Below, in pieces: positions 47,528 to 57,662 of a stretch of DNA of 64,000 nucleotides (position 1 is its first letter; the number at the start of each line of letters is the position of its first letter). A program made the translations under genes and the position numbers. Source of the DNA: an uncultured Clostridium sp. (GTDB lineage: Bacteria; Bacillota; Clostridia; UBA1212; UBA1255); contig UQSG01000005.1 of NCBI GenBank assembly GCA_900543695.1, positions 16,124-80,123 on the forward strand. Reading direction: 5' to 3'. The notes under the pieces were generated by a model. It saw nothing but the letters and a program-made list of their open reading frames with translations, was not told the DNA's origin and made no database searches.

Positions 47528-48559
47528 TTAAACTCTCGCATTTTTCTTTTTGAGGACTACCGTTGCAAGAACAGCAGCCATCGCCACGACAACAGCAAGA
47601 TAAGAGGCGTCGCCCGTATCGGTGTTCTGCTCATTATCATTATCGTTATTATTACCATCGTTGTCGTTTCCGCCCTCGGTGTCAAGAACCGGAGCCGTAA
47701 CGTCTTCTGCGCTTCCGGTCGTAAGGGCGAAGAAGTTGACAACCTTAGAATCCTTGGTAATCGCACGGATATATAATGTTTCCATATCCGCCGTGCCGGC
47801 AATGGTAATATCGAAGCCCGCAGTGGAATGGCCGCTTTCATAAGGCATTCCGGCGGCAGTAACATCGTCTCTTGCCGAAATCGTGCAGGACGTTACATCT
47901 CTCCACGTTTCGCCGTCTGTGCTGTACTGATATTTTTCAATACCGTTTTCTGCAGCGACCCATCCGGAAATTCCGGTATCCTGTCCAAACGTATAATCAC
48001 CCTGTACGGCAAATTCGGTTCCGCCAAGGGGCGCGTTGGCCGGCGCGCTGCCGCCGATGGAATCGATGCTCATCTGGAAATCGGCTTCCTCCGTATAAAC
48101 CGTCGTATCAACGGTGGAATCCGCTGTGATTTCAAACTCGAAAGGATCGATGCCGGCTACCGGCTCATATCCGCCGTTGTCAAGCACAACCGCATAATAT
48201 TTGCCCGGCTTCAGCATAGAATTCGGATTGAGCTCCGCAACTCTGTTGCCTGCGGAATTTCCGCCTTCGCCGATCGATGTATCCGCAGCGGCCTTGTCCT
48301 CCGGCCAGTTAACCGTTTTTGTAGTATCGTTGATATACCACCAAATAAGCGACGTAACGGTGCCTTCGCCCTCGCCGTATTGTTCTCCTTCCTTATAGAT
48401 GCCGACCCAGTCCAGCTCGTCGGTCTCGCCGGAAACCGTCACCGTAAATTCAGCGCCGTCAACCGTTACTTCAATCCCTGCCGCCTGTACAGCCAGCATG
48501 CTCATTGCAGAGATGGCCAGCGCAGCTACAAGAACCAACGCCATGATTTTTTTCTTCAT
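47528..48559 (-). CDS. Cell-surface protein with signal peptide and conserved C-terminal TGD-TM-KKK tail
   Basis: N-terminus MKKKIMALVLVAALAISAMSMLAVQA. Asn/Asp-rich linker. Tail: NTDTGDASYLAVVVAMAAVLATVVLKKKNARV. Confidence 0.7.
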   Translation of the reverse strand: MKKKIMALVLVAALAISAMSMLAVQAAGIEVTVDGAEFTVTVSGETDELDWVGIYKEGEQYGEGEGTVTSLIWWYINDTTKTVNWPEDKAAADTSIGEGGNSAGNRVAELNPNSMLKPGKYYAVVLDNGGYEPVAGIDPFEFEITADSTVDTTVYTEEADFQMSIDSIGGSAPANAPLGGTEFAVQGDYTFGQDTGISGWVAAENGIEKYQYSTDGETWRDVTSCTISARDDVTAAGMPYESGHSTAGFDITIAGTADMETLYIRAITKDSKVVNFFALTTGSAEDVTAPVLDTEGGNDNDGNNNDNDNEQNTDTGDASYLAVVVAMAAVLATVVLKKKNARV

Positions 48560-48605
48560 GATTAAAACCTCCTATGTAAAGTAGTAATATGAAATTACTG
48601 CGTAC

Positions 48606-48634
48606 AGTATAATCATTCGGTTTTTCTTTGTCAA
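48606..48634 (-). promoter_or_regulatory. Near-consensus promoter for the 47528-48559 surface-protein gene
   Basis: Minus strand TTGACA-17 nt-TATACT, then an AGGAGG RBS. Confidence 0.5.
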
Positions 48635-48703
48635 CCCGAGAGCGTCGAATCTGCTCGAGAAAAGGAATGGAAAAAAGTTTGAAGTTTTTTCCATAAAAAT
48701 TTT

Positions 48704-48732
48704 TTGGCATTCCTCCTGCAGATATGATATAC
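48704..48732 (+). promoter_or_regulatory. Promoter for the 48779 gene (TTGGCA plus extended -10 TGATATACT)
   Basis: Read directly. 18-nt spacing to the -10 hexamer. Confidence 0.45.
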
Positions 48733-48778
48733 TCTGTTTCAAAATAATAAGATTTAGTTTTGCCGAAGGATTTCACAA

Positions 48779-50098
48779 ATGATACGGGCCGTTTCCTATT
48801 TGAAAAACACACTCAAAGCTGCCGCCGCGATTTGTATTGCGCTTTTGATTTTCTGCTCCGGGGGCGGCGCTGTTTACGCTTTTTTTGCAAACGCGCTGCC
48901 GTCCAACGAATCCGCAGGGGGCTCTTATATGGTCTATGAATGTGATACGAAGCAGACGCTTTTAAAGCAAAATACGGAGCTTTCGGCGGACTGTACGCTG
49001 CTGGCGCGCCTGATGACATGTCTGCTCGTGCTGGAAAATCCGTCGATTTCCGTCACAGATTACATAACTCCTTCCGAGGACAGCGTTTCCTTATCGGGAC
49101 GGTATTCACTGTTTGCAGCAAATCAGTATTTGGTGGATCATCTCATCAAATCGGTTATCCTGTGCGGGGCCGACAACGCTGCCCGTCTTCTTGCGAAGCA
49201 GGTCAATCCAAATACTGAATATTTTGTTTCTCTGATGAATCAGAAGGCAGGCGAACTCGGTATGGCAAATACATATTTTACAAACCCGGATGGAGCCGCG
49301 GATCAGCTGCAGCGTACTACGGTATCCGACATGTCTCTGTTCTGGACCTATGCCATGACGAACGCGCAGTTTCGGAATGCCGCCGCCTGCTCTGCCGCGC
49401 ATATCTGGGGCGGAACGGCGGTATTAAACGAATGCCGCATGGTGGCAAGCAGCGCTTTTCCGAATGCCTCTCTGATCGCAGGAGCTTATACTATTTACGA
49501 CAGCACAAACGCGTTAGGTACGACGATGTTCTATATCAGCAGCGGCGCGTCGGACGAAGCGCCCTCTGTAAGACTGGTTCTGATTCTTTCGGGAATTTCA
49601 GACGAATCCGCCTATGAAATGGGAAACAGTCAGATTGAAAACGCACTCACAAATTTCAAAAAGACGGCGCTGATAAACCGGCAGGATCTCATCGTCACGG
49701 CAGAGCTCGGAGAAAGCGAGCTGTTTTTGCAGGCGGGAGAAACGTGTTACTGCATGATGCCGGTCGATGTGACAGATTATGTGGAAACCGTCAGCTACAC
49801 CGTATTCGATAATAACTCCTCCCCTGGTGCCGGAACGGCGCTTTCCCTGGACGAGCTTTCTCCGCCGATCGAAGAGGGCTCTCTGATCGGTACGGCAAAT
49901 TATCTGTTAAAGGACGGAAGCGTACATAAGGTCCGGCTGATTGCCGGAAACAGCATTCATTCCGAAAGTAAGACCATTAATATTTTCTATAAAGCCATAA
50001 AAGAAAACACCGATATCGTTGTGTTGATATCGGTGCTGCTTCTTTGCGAGCTTGTGCTCGCTTTCGGAATGATTTTCAGCAAGCTGAGGAAGAAGTAA
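48779..50098 (+). CDS. Peptidase-S11 (D-Ala-D-Ala carboxypeptidase/PBP5) homolog with N-terminal signal peptide and C-terminal TM anchor. Canonical SxxK and KTG motifs not found, so it is probably non-catalytic.
   Basis: DacA-like block FVSLMNQKAGELGMANTYFTNPDG. At the SxxK position the sequence is LLARLMT (Ser to Leu, Lys to Arg). C-terminal LISVLLLCELVLAFGMIFSKLRKK. Confidence 0.55.
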   Translation: MIRAVSYLKNTLKAAAAICIALLIFCSGGGAVYAFFANALPSNESAGGSYMVYECDTKQTLLKQNTELSADCTLLARLMTCLLVLENPSISVTDYITPSEDSVSLSGRYSLFAANQYLVDHLIKSVILCGADNAARLLAKQVNPNTEYFVSLMNQKAGELGMANTYFTNPDGAADQLQRTTVSDMSLFWTYAMTNAQFRNAAACSAAHIWGGTAVLNECRMVASSAFPNASLIAGAYTIYDSTNALGTTMFYISSGASDEAPSVRLVLILSGISDESAYEMGNSQIENALTNFKKTALINRQDLIVTAELGESELFLQAGETCYCMMPVDVTDYVETVSYTVFDNNSSPGAGTALSLDELSPPIEEGSLIGTANYLLKDGSVHKVRLIAGNSIHSESKTINIFYKAIKENTDIVVLISVLLLCELVLAFGMIFSKLRKK

Positions 50099-50102
50099 CG
50101 CC

Positions 50103-51329
50103 TCAGACCTTTCTTTTCGCAAGCTTCGCAAAGCGCGGCAGTCCGTCTTCCATCGGCGGATGCGACTCGCCCTGAATCAGCGGCAGCGCGTAATTAATGT
50201 ACTCCTGCGTTACAAAGTTTCCTTCCGAATTGATCCATTCCCTGGGCAGCTTCTTTTCCGTATTGGCGACGTCGTCCAGGCGGATGAGCTTTACGCCGCA
50301 GTGATAGCCATTTCCGCTGCTCCGCTCAAAGCCGACGCAGTAATCGGTTTTTCCTTCCACCGCGTTCAGAACCGCGGCCTCTCCCGCCATATACGCTTCG
50401 TTTACGTCGGTCAGAGAAGCGCAGTGTGCGGCGCAGCGCTGAAGCAGGCTGAATTCAATCCCGCGCACCTTGCAGCCGATTTTTTCCTTTGCAAGATTGG
50501 CAAGCGTCGTTGCAACTCCACCCAGCTGCGCATGTCCAAATGCATCTCTTACGCCGCTGTCCGCGACAAACCGTCCGTCCGCATATTGCGCGCCTTCCGA
50601 AACGGCTACGATAACTTTTCCGTTCTGACGGTAAATGCGGGAAACGTCGTCAAGGAACTGCTCCTGGCTGAACGGGAGCTCCGGCACGTAAATCAAATCT
50701 GGCCCCTGGCCTTTAATTCCCGCCAGAGCCGTCGCCGCAGTAAGCCATCCCGCATGGCGCCCCATAACCTCAAGCACGCATACCATACCGGTATCGTACA
50801 CTCTGGCGTCATGGTAAATTTCCATTGTAGAAGTCGCTACATATTTGGCGGCGCTTCCGTATCCGGGACAGTGATCCGTGCCGAACAGATCGTTGTCGAT
50901 CGTCTTCGGCACGCCCATCACCCGCATGTCGTAACCGGATTTCTGCATGAATTTGCTGATTTTATTGCAGGTATCCATGGAATCGTTTCCGCCGTTATAG
51001 AAGAAATAGCGGATGTTGTACTTTTTGAATACCTCCAGAAGCCGCAGGTAATCCGTGGGATCCTCTTCGGCATTTTTCAATTTGTAGCGTACAGAGCCCA
51101 GCGCGGAAGAGGGCGTCGTCTTGAGCAGCTCCAGCTCATACGGATCTTCCTTGGACATGTCATAGAATTCTTCTTCCAGCATTCCTTTTATGCCATGTGC
51201 AGCTCCGTATACCTTTGTAATGCAGTCCTGCTTCAGCGCCGTGATAATCACGCCCGCAGCGCTCGCATTGATAACCGACGTAGGGCCGCCGGACTGTCCA
51301 AATATGGCAGCGCCAACAAGTTTTTCCAT
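50103..51329 (-). CDS. 6-phosphofructokinase (PfkA family, long form; phosphoryl donor not decidable by eye)
   Basis: GGPTSVINASAAG, GGNDS, MGR/HxGWL-type motifs. 408 aa. Confidence 0.8.
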   Translation of the reverse strand: MEKLVGAAIFGQSGGPTSVINASAAGVIITALKQDCITKVYGAAHGIKGMLEEEFYDMSKEDPYELELLKTTPSSALGSVRYKLKNAEEDPTDYLRLLEVFKKYNIRYFFYNGGNDSMDTCNKISKFMQKSGYDMRVMGVPKTIDNDLFGTDHCPGYGSAAKYVATSTMEIYHDARVYDTGMVCVLEVMGRHAGWLTAATALAGIKGQGPDLIYVPELPFSQEQFLDDVSRIYRQNGKVIVAVSEGAQYADGRFVADSGVRDAFGHAQLGGVATTLANLAKEKIGCKVRGIEFSLLQRCAAHCASLTDVNEAYMAGEAAVLNAVEGKTDYCVGFERSSGNGYHCGVKLIRLDDVANTEKKLPREWINSEGNFVTQEYINYALPLIQGESHPPMEDGLPRFAKLAKRKV

Positions 51330-51358
51330 ATGTTCCCGAATCCTCCTGTGTCTTTCAA

Positions 51359-52294
51359 TTATGCTTTGTTATTGCAGCCGAGCACATCAACCAGTTTATG
51401 CTTCACAAGCTTTTTGATATTTTCTCTTGCCGGCTTCAGATATTGTCTCGGATCGAAATCGGAAGGAGCTTCCGCAAAATGCTCTCTGATTGCTGCCGTC
51501 ATCGCAAGGCGGAGGTCGGAGTCGATGTTGATCTTGCAGACTGCCATAGAGGCCGCTTTCCTGAGCATATCCTCCGGAATGCCGATCGCGTCAGGCATCT
51601 TTCCGCCGTATTTGTTGATCGTCTCAACATATTCCGGAATGACAGAGGAAGCCCCGTGCAGAACGATCGGGAAGCCGGGAAGTCTCTTTTCCACTTCTTC
51701 CAAAATATCGAATCTGAGCTGCGGCTTCTGACCGGGTTTAAATTTATAAGCGCCATGGCTCGTCCCGATTGCAATTGCAAGAGAGTCCACACCTGTTCTT
51801 TCGACAAATTCCTGAACCTGCGCCGGGTTCGTATAAGAAGCGTCCTCAGCCGATACGTTGACCGCGTCCTCAATTCCGGCGAGACGGCCAAGCTCTCCTT
51901 CTACCGTTACCCCTTTTGCGTGCGCATAATCGACAACCTGTCTTGTGAGCGCAATATTATCTTCAAAGGAATGATGCGAGCCGTCGATCATAACGGACGT
52001 AAATCCGCCGTCGATGCAGGACTTGCACAGCTCAAACGTATCGCCGTGATCGAGGTGCAGGCAGATCGGAAGTCCCGTTTCGATGATCGCTGCCTCGACA
52101 AGCTTCATCAGATACGTATGATTTGCGTATTTTCTGGCGCCCGCGGAAACCTGAAGAATCAAAGGCGCGTTTTCTTCCTTCGCCGCCTCGGTGATTCCCT
52201 GGATGATTTCCATGTTGTTGACGTTAAAGGCGCCGATTGCATATCCGCCTTCATACGCCTTTTTAAACATTTCCTTTGATGTGACAAGTGGCAT
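51359..52294 (-). CDS. fba: Fructose-bisphosphate aldolase class II
   Basis: GAFNVNN, LHLDHG, the SHGAYKF family pattern. AAAGGAG RBS 9 nt before the fourth codon Met. Confidence 0.9.
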   Translation of the reverse strand: MPLVTSKEMFKKAYEGGYAIGAFNVNNMEIIQGITEAAKEENAPLILQVSAGARKYANHTYLMKLVEAAIIETGLPICLHLDHGDTFELCKSCIDGGFTSVMIDGSHHSFEDNIALTRQVVDYAHAKGVTVEGELGRLAGIEDAVNVSAEDASYTNPAQVQEFVERTGVDSLAIAIGTSHGAYKFKPGQKPQLRFDILEEVEKRLPGFPIVLHGASSVIPEYVETINKYGGKMPDAIGIPEDMLRKAASMAVCKINIDSDLRLAMTAAIREHFAEAPSDFDPRQYLKPARENIKKLVKHKLVDVLGCNNKA

Positions 52295-52543
52295 AATGAA
52301 CATCTCCTTTATGTATTTTGATGATACTATTCATATCTTTTACATTATACAACGGCGCAGGCAAAATGCAAGTTAAAAATTGCATTTCCGAAGCAGCGTC
52401 CGGGCCCTGCAAAATACCTATTGACAGGCAGATTTTTTTTGTTATAATTGCACTCGCGTGTTTAGTGAATCTAAACGAAAAGTTTACTTTTGCAAAACAT
52501 CGCAATTCGTCTTTTTTCGAAAAAACAGATGGGAGGCTTTCGT

Positions 52544-53092
52544 ATGCCGGGCTTTGCAATCGGCAGTAAAATCAGGGATCTGCGCATCAAGAACGGGCTG
52601 ACGCAGGAAGAGCTTGCGAACAGGAGCGAGCTGTCGAAGGGTTTTATTTCACAGGTAGAAAGCGAGCAGACGTCGCCGTCGATCGCCACGCTCGTCGATA
52701 TTCTGGAATGCCTTGGCACGAACCTGCGCGATTTTTTCAGTGAATCCGCCGAAGAAAAAATTGTTTTCGGACGGGAAGATTATTTTACAAGCGAGAACGA
52801 GGAGCTTGGCCGCAAAATTACCTGGATCGTTCCCAACGCGCAGAAAAATAAAATGGAGCCGATCCTTGTTACGCTGTCAGGAGGCGGCCGTTCTGATACG
52901 CATGATCCGCATGAGGGCGAGGAATTTGGCTATGTGCTGGAGGGATCCGTCCTGCTGCACCTCGGCGAAGCAGTCTTTCAGATCAAAAAGGGAGAAAGCT
53001 TCTGCTTCGATCCGGAGAAAACGCATTATATCGAAAATACAAAGGAACGGCCTGCAAAATTTTTATGGGTTTCCACGCCGCCAAGCTTTTAA
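52544..53092 (+). CDS. XRE-family HTH plus C-terminal cupin transcriptional regulator
   Basis: IRDLRIKNGLTQEELANRSELSKGFISQVE HTH. Cupin motif HDPHEGEEFGYVLEG. GGGAGG RBS. Confidence 0.8.
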   Translation: MPGFAIGSKIRDLRIKNGLTQEELANRSELSKGFISQVESEQTSPSIATLVDILECLGTNLRDFFSESAEEKIVFGREDYFTSENEELGRKITWIVPNAQKNKMEPILVTLSGGGRSDTHDPHEGEEFGYVLEGSVLLHLGEAVFQIKKGESFCFDPEKTHYIENTKERPAKFLWVSTPPSF

Positions 53093-53119
53093 AGCCGTTA
53101 TACAGAAGGAGAACACACA

Positions 53120-54595
53120 ATGTCACAGCATATCATCGATCTATTCAACATTACAAAAAGCTACGGCGACACGGAAGTCATAAAGGACCTGACGCTTTAT
53201 ATCCGGAAAAACGAATTTATTACACTGCTCGGTCCAAGCGGCTGCGGCAAAACGACTACGCTGAGAATCATCAGTGGATTTGAAAAGCCGGATTCCGGCC
53301 GTGTTCTGTTTGACAACGTCGACATTACCGATCTTCCCCCCCATAAAAGAAAGGTCAATACCGTATTTCAGAAATATTCCCTGTTTCCGCACATGAACGT
53401 CTACGAAAACATCGCGTTCGGTCTTCGGATCAAGAAGCTTCCTGAAAAGCAAATCCGGGAAAAGGTGCGCGACGTGCTGGAGCTCGTGGAGCTGAGCGGA
53501 TTTCAGAAGCGGATGCCGGATTCTCTCAGCGGCGGTCAGCAGCAGCGTATTGCAATCGCCAGGGCCATTGTCAACGAGCCGGAGGTTCTCCTGCTAGACG
53601 AGCCTCTGGGCGCTCTGGATCTGAAGCTGCGAAAGGAAATGCAGGTGGAGCTGAAAGCGATTCAGCAGAAAACCGGTATTACATTTATCTATGTAACACA
53701 CGATCAGGAGGAGGCGCTTACGATGTCTGATACGATTGTCGTAATGAACAACGGCGTCATTCAGCAGATCGGCGTTCCTTCCGACATTTACAATGAACCG
53801 GTCAATGCGTTTGTCGCCCAGTTTATCGGAGAAAGCAACCTTCTGTCCGGCGTTATGCTCCGCGACTGCTTATGCGAATTTGCCGGCCGCCAGTTTGAAT
53901 GCGTGGACACTGGCTTTGAAAAGGATGAAGATGTAGACGTCGTCATCCGTCCGGAGGATATCCGTTTCACTTCCCCCGAAGACGGTATGCTGAAAGGGAC
54001 GGTCGTCAGCGCTCTCTTCAAAGGCGTACACTATGAAATGATCGTCGAATCAGACGGGTTTCGCTGGAAAGTTCACAGTACTAAAATGACGCCTCCCGGA
54101 ACGGAGGTGGGAATGAATATTGCCCCCTTTGATATTCAGATCATGCGGATTCCCTTCAACGTACTCACCGGCTGGATTTTGCCGAAAAACCAGGTAGATA
54201 TCGGCAATACGACGCTGGAATATGCGCTTTCTTCCGGGAACCGGTCAGACACGGAATTTAAGGACGATGAAACGGTAAACGTATACGTGCTTCCCCAGGA
54301 TATCGAGGTTATGCTGCTGGAAAAATCCTCCGGAGGAAAGGCTTCCGTTCCGCCGGAGCAGGACGGCAAGACGGCGCCGGAAGACGAGAAAAACGTCTTC
54401 GAGGGAGAAGTAGAAACGTTCAAGTATAAAGGCGACGATTTCGAGCTCCAGGTAAAATGCGGCGATATCACGCTCGTCGTCCATACGTATCAAAAAGTCG
54501 CAATCGGCCAGAAAATCAAGCTCTATATTCCAAAGGACAAAATAAAAATCAAGAAGAGAGAGGAGATCAGCGAAATTGTCGAAGAGGATCAATAA
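53120..54595 (+). CDS. potA: Spermidine/putrescine ABC transporter ATP-binding protein with extended C-terminal (duplicated TOBE-like) region
   Basis: [34 protein letters not shown]. 491 aa versus about 370-380 for typical PotA. Confidence 0.85.
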   Translation: MSQHIIDLFNITKSYGDTEVIKDLTLYIRKNEFITLLGPSGCGKTTTLRIISGFEKPDSGRVLFDNVDITDLPPHKRKVNTVFQKYSLFPHMNVYENIAFGLRIKKLPEKQIREKVRDVLELVELSGFQKRMPDSLSGGQQQRIAIARAIVNEPEVLLLDEPLGALDLKLRKEMQVELKAIQQKTGITFIYVTHDQEEALTMSDTIVVMNNGVIQQIGVPSDIYNEPVNAFVAQFIGESNLLSGVMLRDCLCEFAGRQFECVDTGFEKDEDVDVVIRPEDIRFTSPEDGMLKGTVVSALFKGVHYEMIVESDGFRWKVHSTKMTPPGTEVGMNIAPFDIQIMRIPFNVLTGWILPKNQVDIGNTTLEYALSSGNRSDTEFKDDETVNVYVLPQDIEVMLLEKSSGGKASVPPEQDGKTAPEDEKNVFEGEVETFKYKGDDFELQVKCGDITLVVHTYQKVAIGQKIKLYIPKDKIKIKKREEISEIVEEDQ

Positions 54596-55433
54596 TGCAT
54601 TAAAATGCGTGCCGGTTTATCTGTGGCTCGTTATTTTCACGGTCGTCCCTCTCCTGATGGTTTTCTTCTACGCGGTCTTTGAAGTCCACGCGGACGGGAG
54701 CGTTCATTTTACGATGACGTACCTGAAAGAGGCCGTCACGAATGGCCAATATCTTGACGCGATGCTGCGTTCTCTGGAATATGCTCTGATCAGTACAATA
54801 ATATGTCTGATTATCGGCTATCCGCTGGCGTTTATTTTGGCAAATATGGAAGAACGTCGAAGAAACTTTGTAGCCGTTTTGTTTCTGCTGCCCATGTGGA
54901 TGAATTTTCTGATTCGGACGTATGCCCTCGCCTCTCTGATCAACGAGCAGGGAATCATTACAAAATTTTTCCAGAAGCTGGGACTGATCTCCGGAAGCAT
55001 CACCGGCACAGAGGGCGCAATCATCATCGGAATGGTTTACAACTTCCTGCCCTTCCTGATTCTGCCCGTTTATACTTCGATCCTGAAAGTCGACCGCAGA
55101 GTAATCGAGGCCGCACGGGATCTCGGCGCGAATACGCTGACGGTATTTCGCCGAATTCTTCTGCCGCTGACCGTTCCCGGAATCATTTCCGGAATTACAA
55201 TGGTTTTCGTGCCCTGTATTACAACGTTCGTAATTCCGCAGCTTCTGAACAATAAAGTCTGGACGATCGGAAGCCTGATCGAATTTCAAATCAACGGAAA
55301 CGCCAACAGCTCCGGAGGCGTAAACAATATGGCCGCCGCAATTTCTTTCATATTAATGATTATTGTCTTTATCTGCATGTCGATCTTCAGCAGGTTCGAT
55401 AACGACGGTGCGGAGAACGGAGGTTTGCTGTGA
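54576..55433 (+). CDS. potB: Spermidine/putrescine ABC transporter permease
   Basis: 6 TM helices, EAA-like loop [20 protein letters not shown]. Alternative-start (TTG) overlap with potA. Confidence 0.85.
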   Translation: MSKRINNALKCVPVYLWLVIFTVVPLLMVFFYAVFEVHADGSVHFTMTYLKEAVTNGQYLDAMLRSLEYALISTIICLIIGYPLAFILANMEERRRNFVAVLFLLPMWMNFLIRTYALASLINEQGIITKFFQKLGLISGSITGTEGAIIIGMVYNFLPFLILPVYTSILKVDRRVIEAARDLGANTLTVFRRILLPLTVPGIISGITMVFVPCITTFVIPQLLNNKVWTIGSLIEFQINGNANSSGGVNNMAAAISFILMIIVFICMSIFSRFDNDGAENGGLL

Positions 55434-56206
55434 AATTTCTGAAGCGTTTCTATCTCGTCATCATACTGCTCTTTTTATACGCCCCGATCTTTGTAATGAT
55501 CTTGTTTTCCTTTAACAGTGGAAAAACGCGCGCTGATTTTACTGGATTTTCCACGCAATGGTACGTTGAAATGTTCCAAAATAAAGAGATGCTCATCGCG
55601 CTGCGCAACACGCTGCTCGTCGCGTTTTGCGCCTCTGTCATCGCCACGGTGCTGGGCACGTACATTGCTTTTATCATTGCAAAAATGTCTCCGGTCAATA
55701 AAAGCATTTCTATGAAGCTGCTGAATATTCCGATGCTGAATGCAGAAATCATCACGGGCGTTTCTCTGATGTTTTTCTTCGTATTCCTGTCGTTTTCTCT
55801 GGGCTTTACGACGCTGCTGATCGCGCATGTGATTTTCGACGTGCCGTATGTAGTGCTTTCGATTCTGCCGAGGCTCCGTCAGATGAACAAAAGTGTTTAT
55901 GAGGCAGCGCTGGATCTGGGCGCAACACCGGCGTTTGCATTCCGCAGGGTGATTCTGCCGGATGTTCTGCCCGGAATCCTCTCCGGCGCATTACTGGCGT
56001 TTACAATGTCATTTGACGACTTTATTATCAGCTATTATACGTCCGGTCCCGGATTTGTAACGCTGTCGGTATATATTAACACCATGACCAAAAGAGCGGT
56101 GCCCCTTACCGTCAACGCGCTTTCGACGTTTATTTTCGTCATGGTTTTCATTCTTTTGCTTATCACGAATTTAAGAAATAAAAAAACCACCAAGGAGGTC
56201 GCTTGA
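55430..56206 (+). CDS. potC: Spermidine/putrescine ABC transporter permease
   Basis: EAALDLGATPAFAFRRVILP loop. GTG start overlapping the potB stop. Confidence 0.85.
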   Translation: MKFLKRFYLVIILLFLYAPIFVMILFSFNSGKTRADFTGFSTQWYVEMFQNKEMLIALRNTLLVAFCASVIATVLGTYIAFIIAKMSPVNKSISMKLLNIPMLNAEIITGVSLMFFFVFLSFSLGFTTLLIAHVIFDVPYVVLSILPRLRQMNKSVYEAALDLGATPAFAFRRVILPDVLPGILSGALLAFTMSFDDFIISYYTSGPGFVTLSVYINTMTKRAVPLTVNALSTFIFVMVFILLLITNLRNKKTTKEVA

Positions 56207-56207
56207 A

Positions 56208-57434
56208 ATGCGCAAATGTTCTTCCCTTTTTACCCGTATCTTTACGGTCGCGGCAGCCGCCGTCCTGCTGCTTAGCTGCGTTCCCGTAAGCGTCGGCGCC
56301 GCTAAGACGAAGCTGTATGTTTTTAACTGCGGAGATTATATTGCGGATACAACAATCGAAAAATTCGAAACGGCATATCCGGAATATGAAGTCGTGTATG
56401 AGGTTTTCGACACAAATGAGGCAATGTATCAAAAGCTTGTCAGCAGCAACATTCCGTATGACGTACTGATTCCTTCTGACTACATGATCGAACGTTTGAT
56501 CAAGGAAAACCGTCTGAAGGAAATCGATATGACGCAGCTGGAAAACTACCATTATATTGGGGAGGCGTATAAGAATACAAGCTATGATCCCGAAAATAAA
56601 TATTCCGTTCCGTATATGTGGGGTACGCTCGGCATTCTCTATAATAAAGAAAAGGTCGATGATGTCGTTGATAGCTGGTCCATTCTCTGGAACGAAAAAT
56701 ATAAAGGACAGATTCTGATGCTTGATTCCATGCGCGATTCCATGGCGGTGGCGCTGGAAAAGCTCGGTTACAGTATGAATACGACGAATGAGGCGGAGAT
56801 CAATGCAGCGGCGCAGGCTTTAATCGAGCAGAAGCCTTTGGTCGCCGAATATGGCGTCGATATTCTGAAGGACAAAATGATTCAGGGCTCCTATGCGTTT
56901 ACGGTCGCTTATTCCGGCGACGCGCTGTATATGCAGAATCAAAACGCTGAGCTGAACGGAGGAGAATCCGTTCTGGAATACGTAATTCCGAAGGAAGGCA
57001 GCAATTTCTGGATCGATGCGATGTGCATTCCTACGACAAGCCAGAATACGGAAGGCGCCATGAAATTTATCGATTTTATGTGCTCGACGGAAATTGCTTT
57101 TGACAACGTCGAATACATTGAATATTCTACGCCGCACACAGAGGCTTTGCAGCAGCTCGGCGAGGAATATATCAATAACGCCATTTATAATCCATCTGCC
57201 GAAATTCTGGAAAACTGCGATTCGTTCTATTATCTGGAGCCGGAAGTACAGGAGCTTTACAATAAAGCCTGGGAATCCGTGCGTCTGGCCTCTGCGACGC
57301 AGACAGAATCGGATTCCGACGGCGGAAGCTGGAAGCTGATCGCCGGGATCGCCGCGGGCGTTGTGATTATTGCACTAATAATTGTTTTCGTTCTATACAA
57401 AAAGAAAATGAACCGCATTAAGTACGAAGAGTAG
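56208..57434 (+). CDS. potD: Spermidine/putrescine-binding protein carrying an additional C-terminal TM anchor
   Basis: Signal/lipobox LLLSCVP and a PotD/PotF-like fold. C-terminal DGGSWKLIAGIAAGVVIIALIIVFVLYKKKMNRIKYEE. Confidence 0.8.
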   Translation: MRKCSSLFTRIFTVAAAAVLLLSCVPVSVGAAKTKLYVFNCGDYIADTTIEKFETAYPEYEVVYEVFDTNEAMYQKLVSSNIPYDVLIPSDYMIERLIKENRLKEIDMTQLENYHYIGEAYKNTSYDPENKYSVPYMWGTLGILYNKEKVDDVVDSWSILWNEKYKGQILMLDSMRDSMAVALEKLGYSMNTTNEAEINAAAQALIEQKPLVAEYGVDILKDKMIQGSYAFTVAYSGDALYMQNQNAELNGGESVLEYVIPKEGSNFWIDAMCIPTTSQNTEGAMKFIDFMCSTEIAFDNVEYIEYSTPHTEALQQLGEEYINNAIYNPSAEILENCDSFYYLEPEVQELYNKAWESVRLASATQTESDSDGGSWKLIAGIAAGVVIIALIIVFVLYKKKMNRIKYEE

Positions 57435-57443
57435 TTCGTCATC

Positions 57444-57480
57444 AGCGCTGGCAGGCAAAAAATGCTTGTCAGCGTTTTTT
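57444..57480 (+). terminator. Rho-independent terminator of the pot operon
   Basis: GC-rich hairpin (CGCTGGCAGGC/GCTTGTCAGCG with G-U pairs) followed by TTTTTT. Confidence 0.55.
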
Positions 57481-57620
57481 ATTATCAGGTATCTGGGGCT
57501 TTGATTCAGAAATATTGTTACTCGCTTCTTGGAGCCTGAGTAAAAATCAAATGCCCCCACTAATTTTTTTACTTTGACCTGGCCGGCTGAGTAAAAATTT
57601 CCGCAAGACATATAAAAAAG

Positions 57621-57652
57621 TGCCGCACTCAGTACGGCACTTCCGGAATTTT
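57621..57652 (-). terminator. Rho-independent terminator for the 57663-59489 gene
   Basis: Minus strand GTGCCG-tactgagtg-CGGCAC followed by TTTTTTAT. Confidence 0.55.
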
Positions 57653-57662
57653 TACTTTCCGT

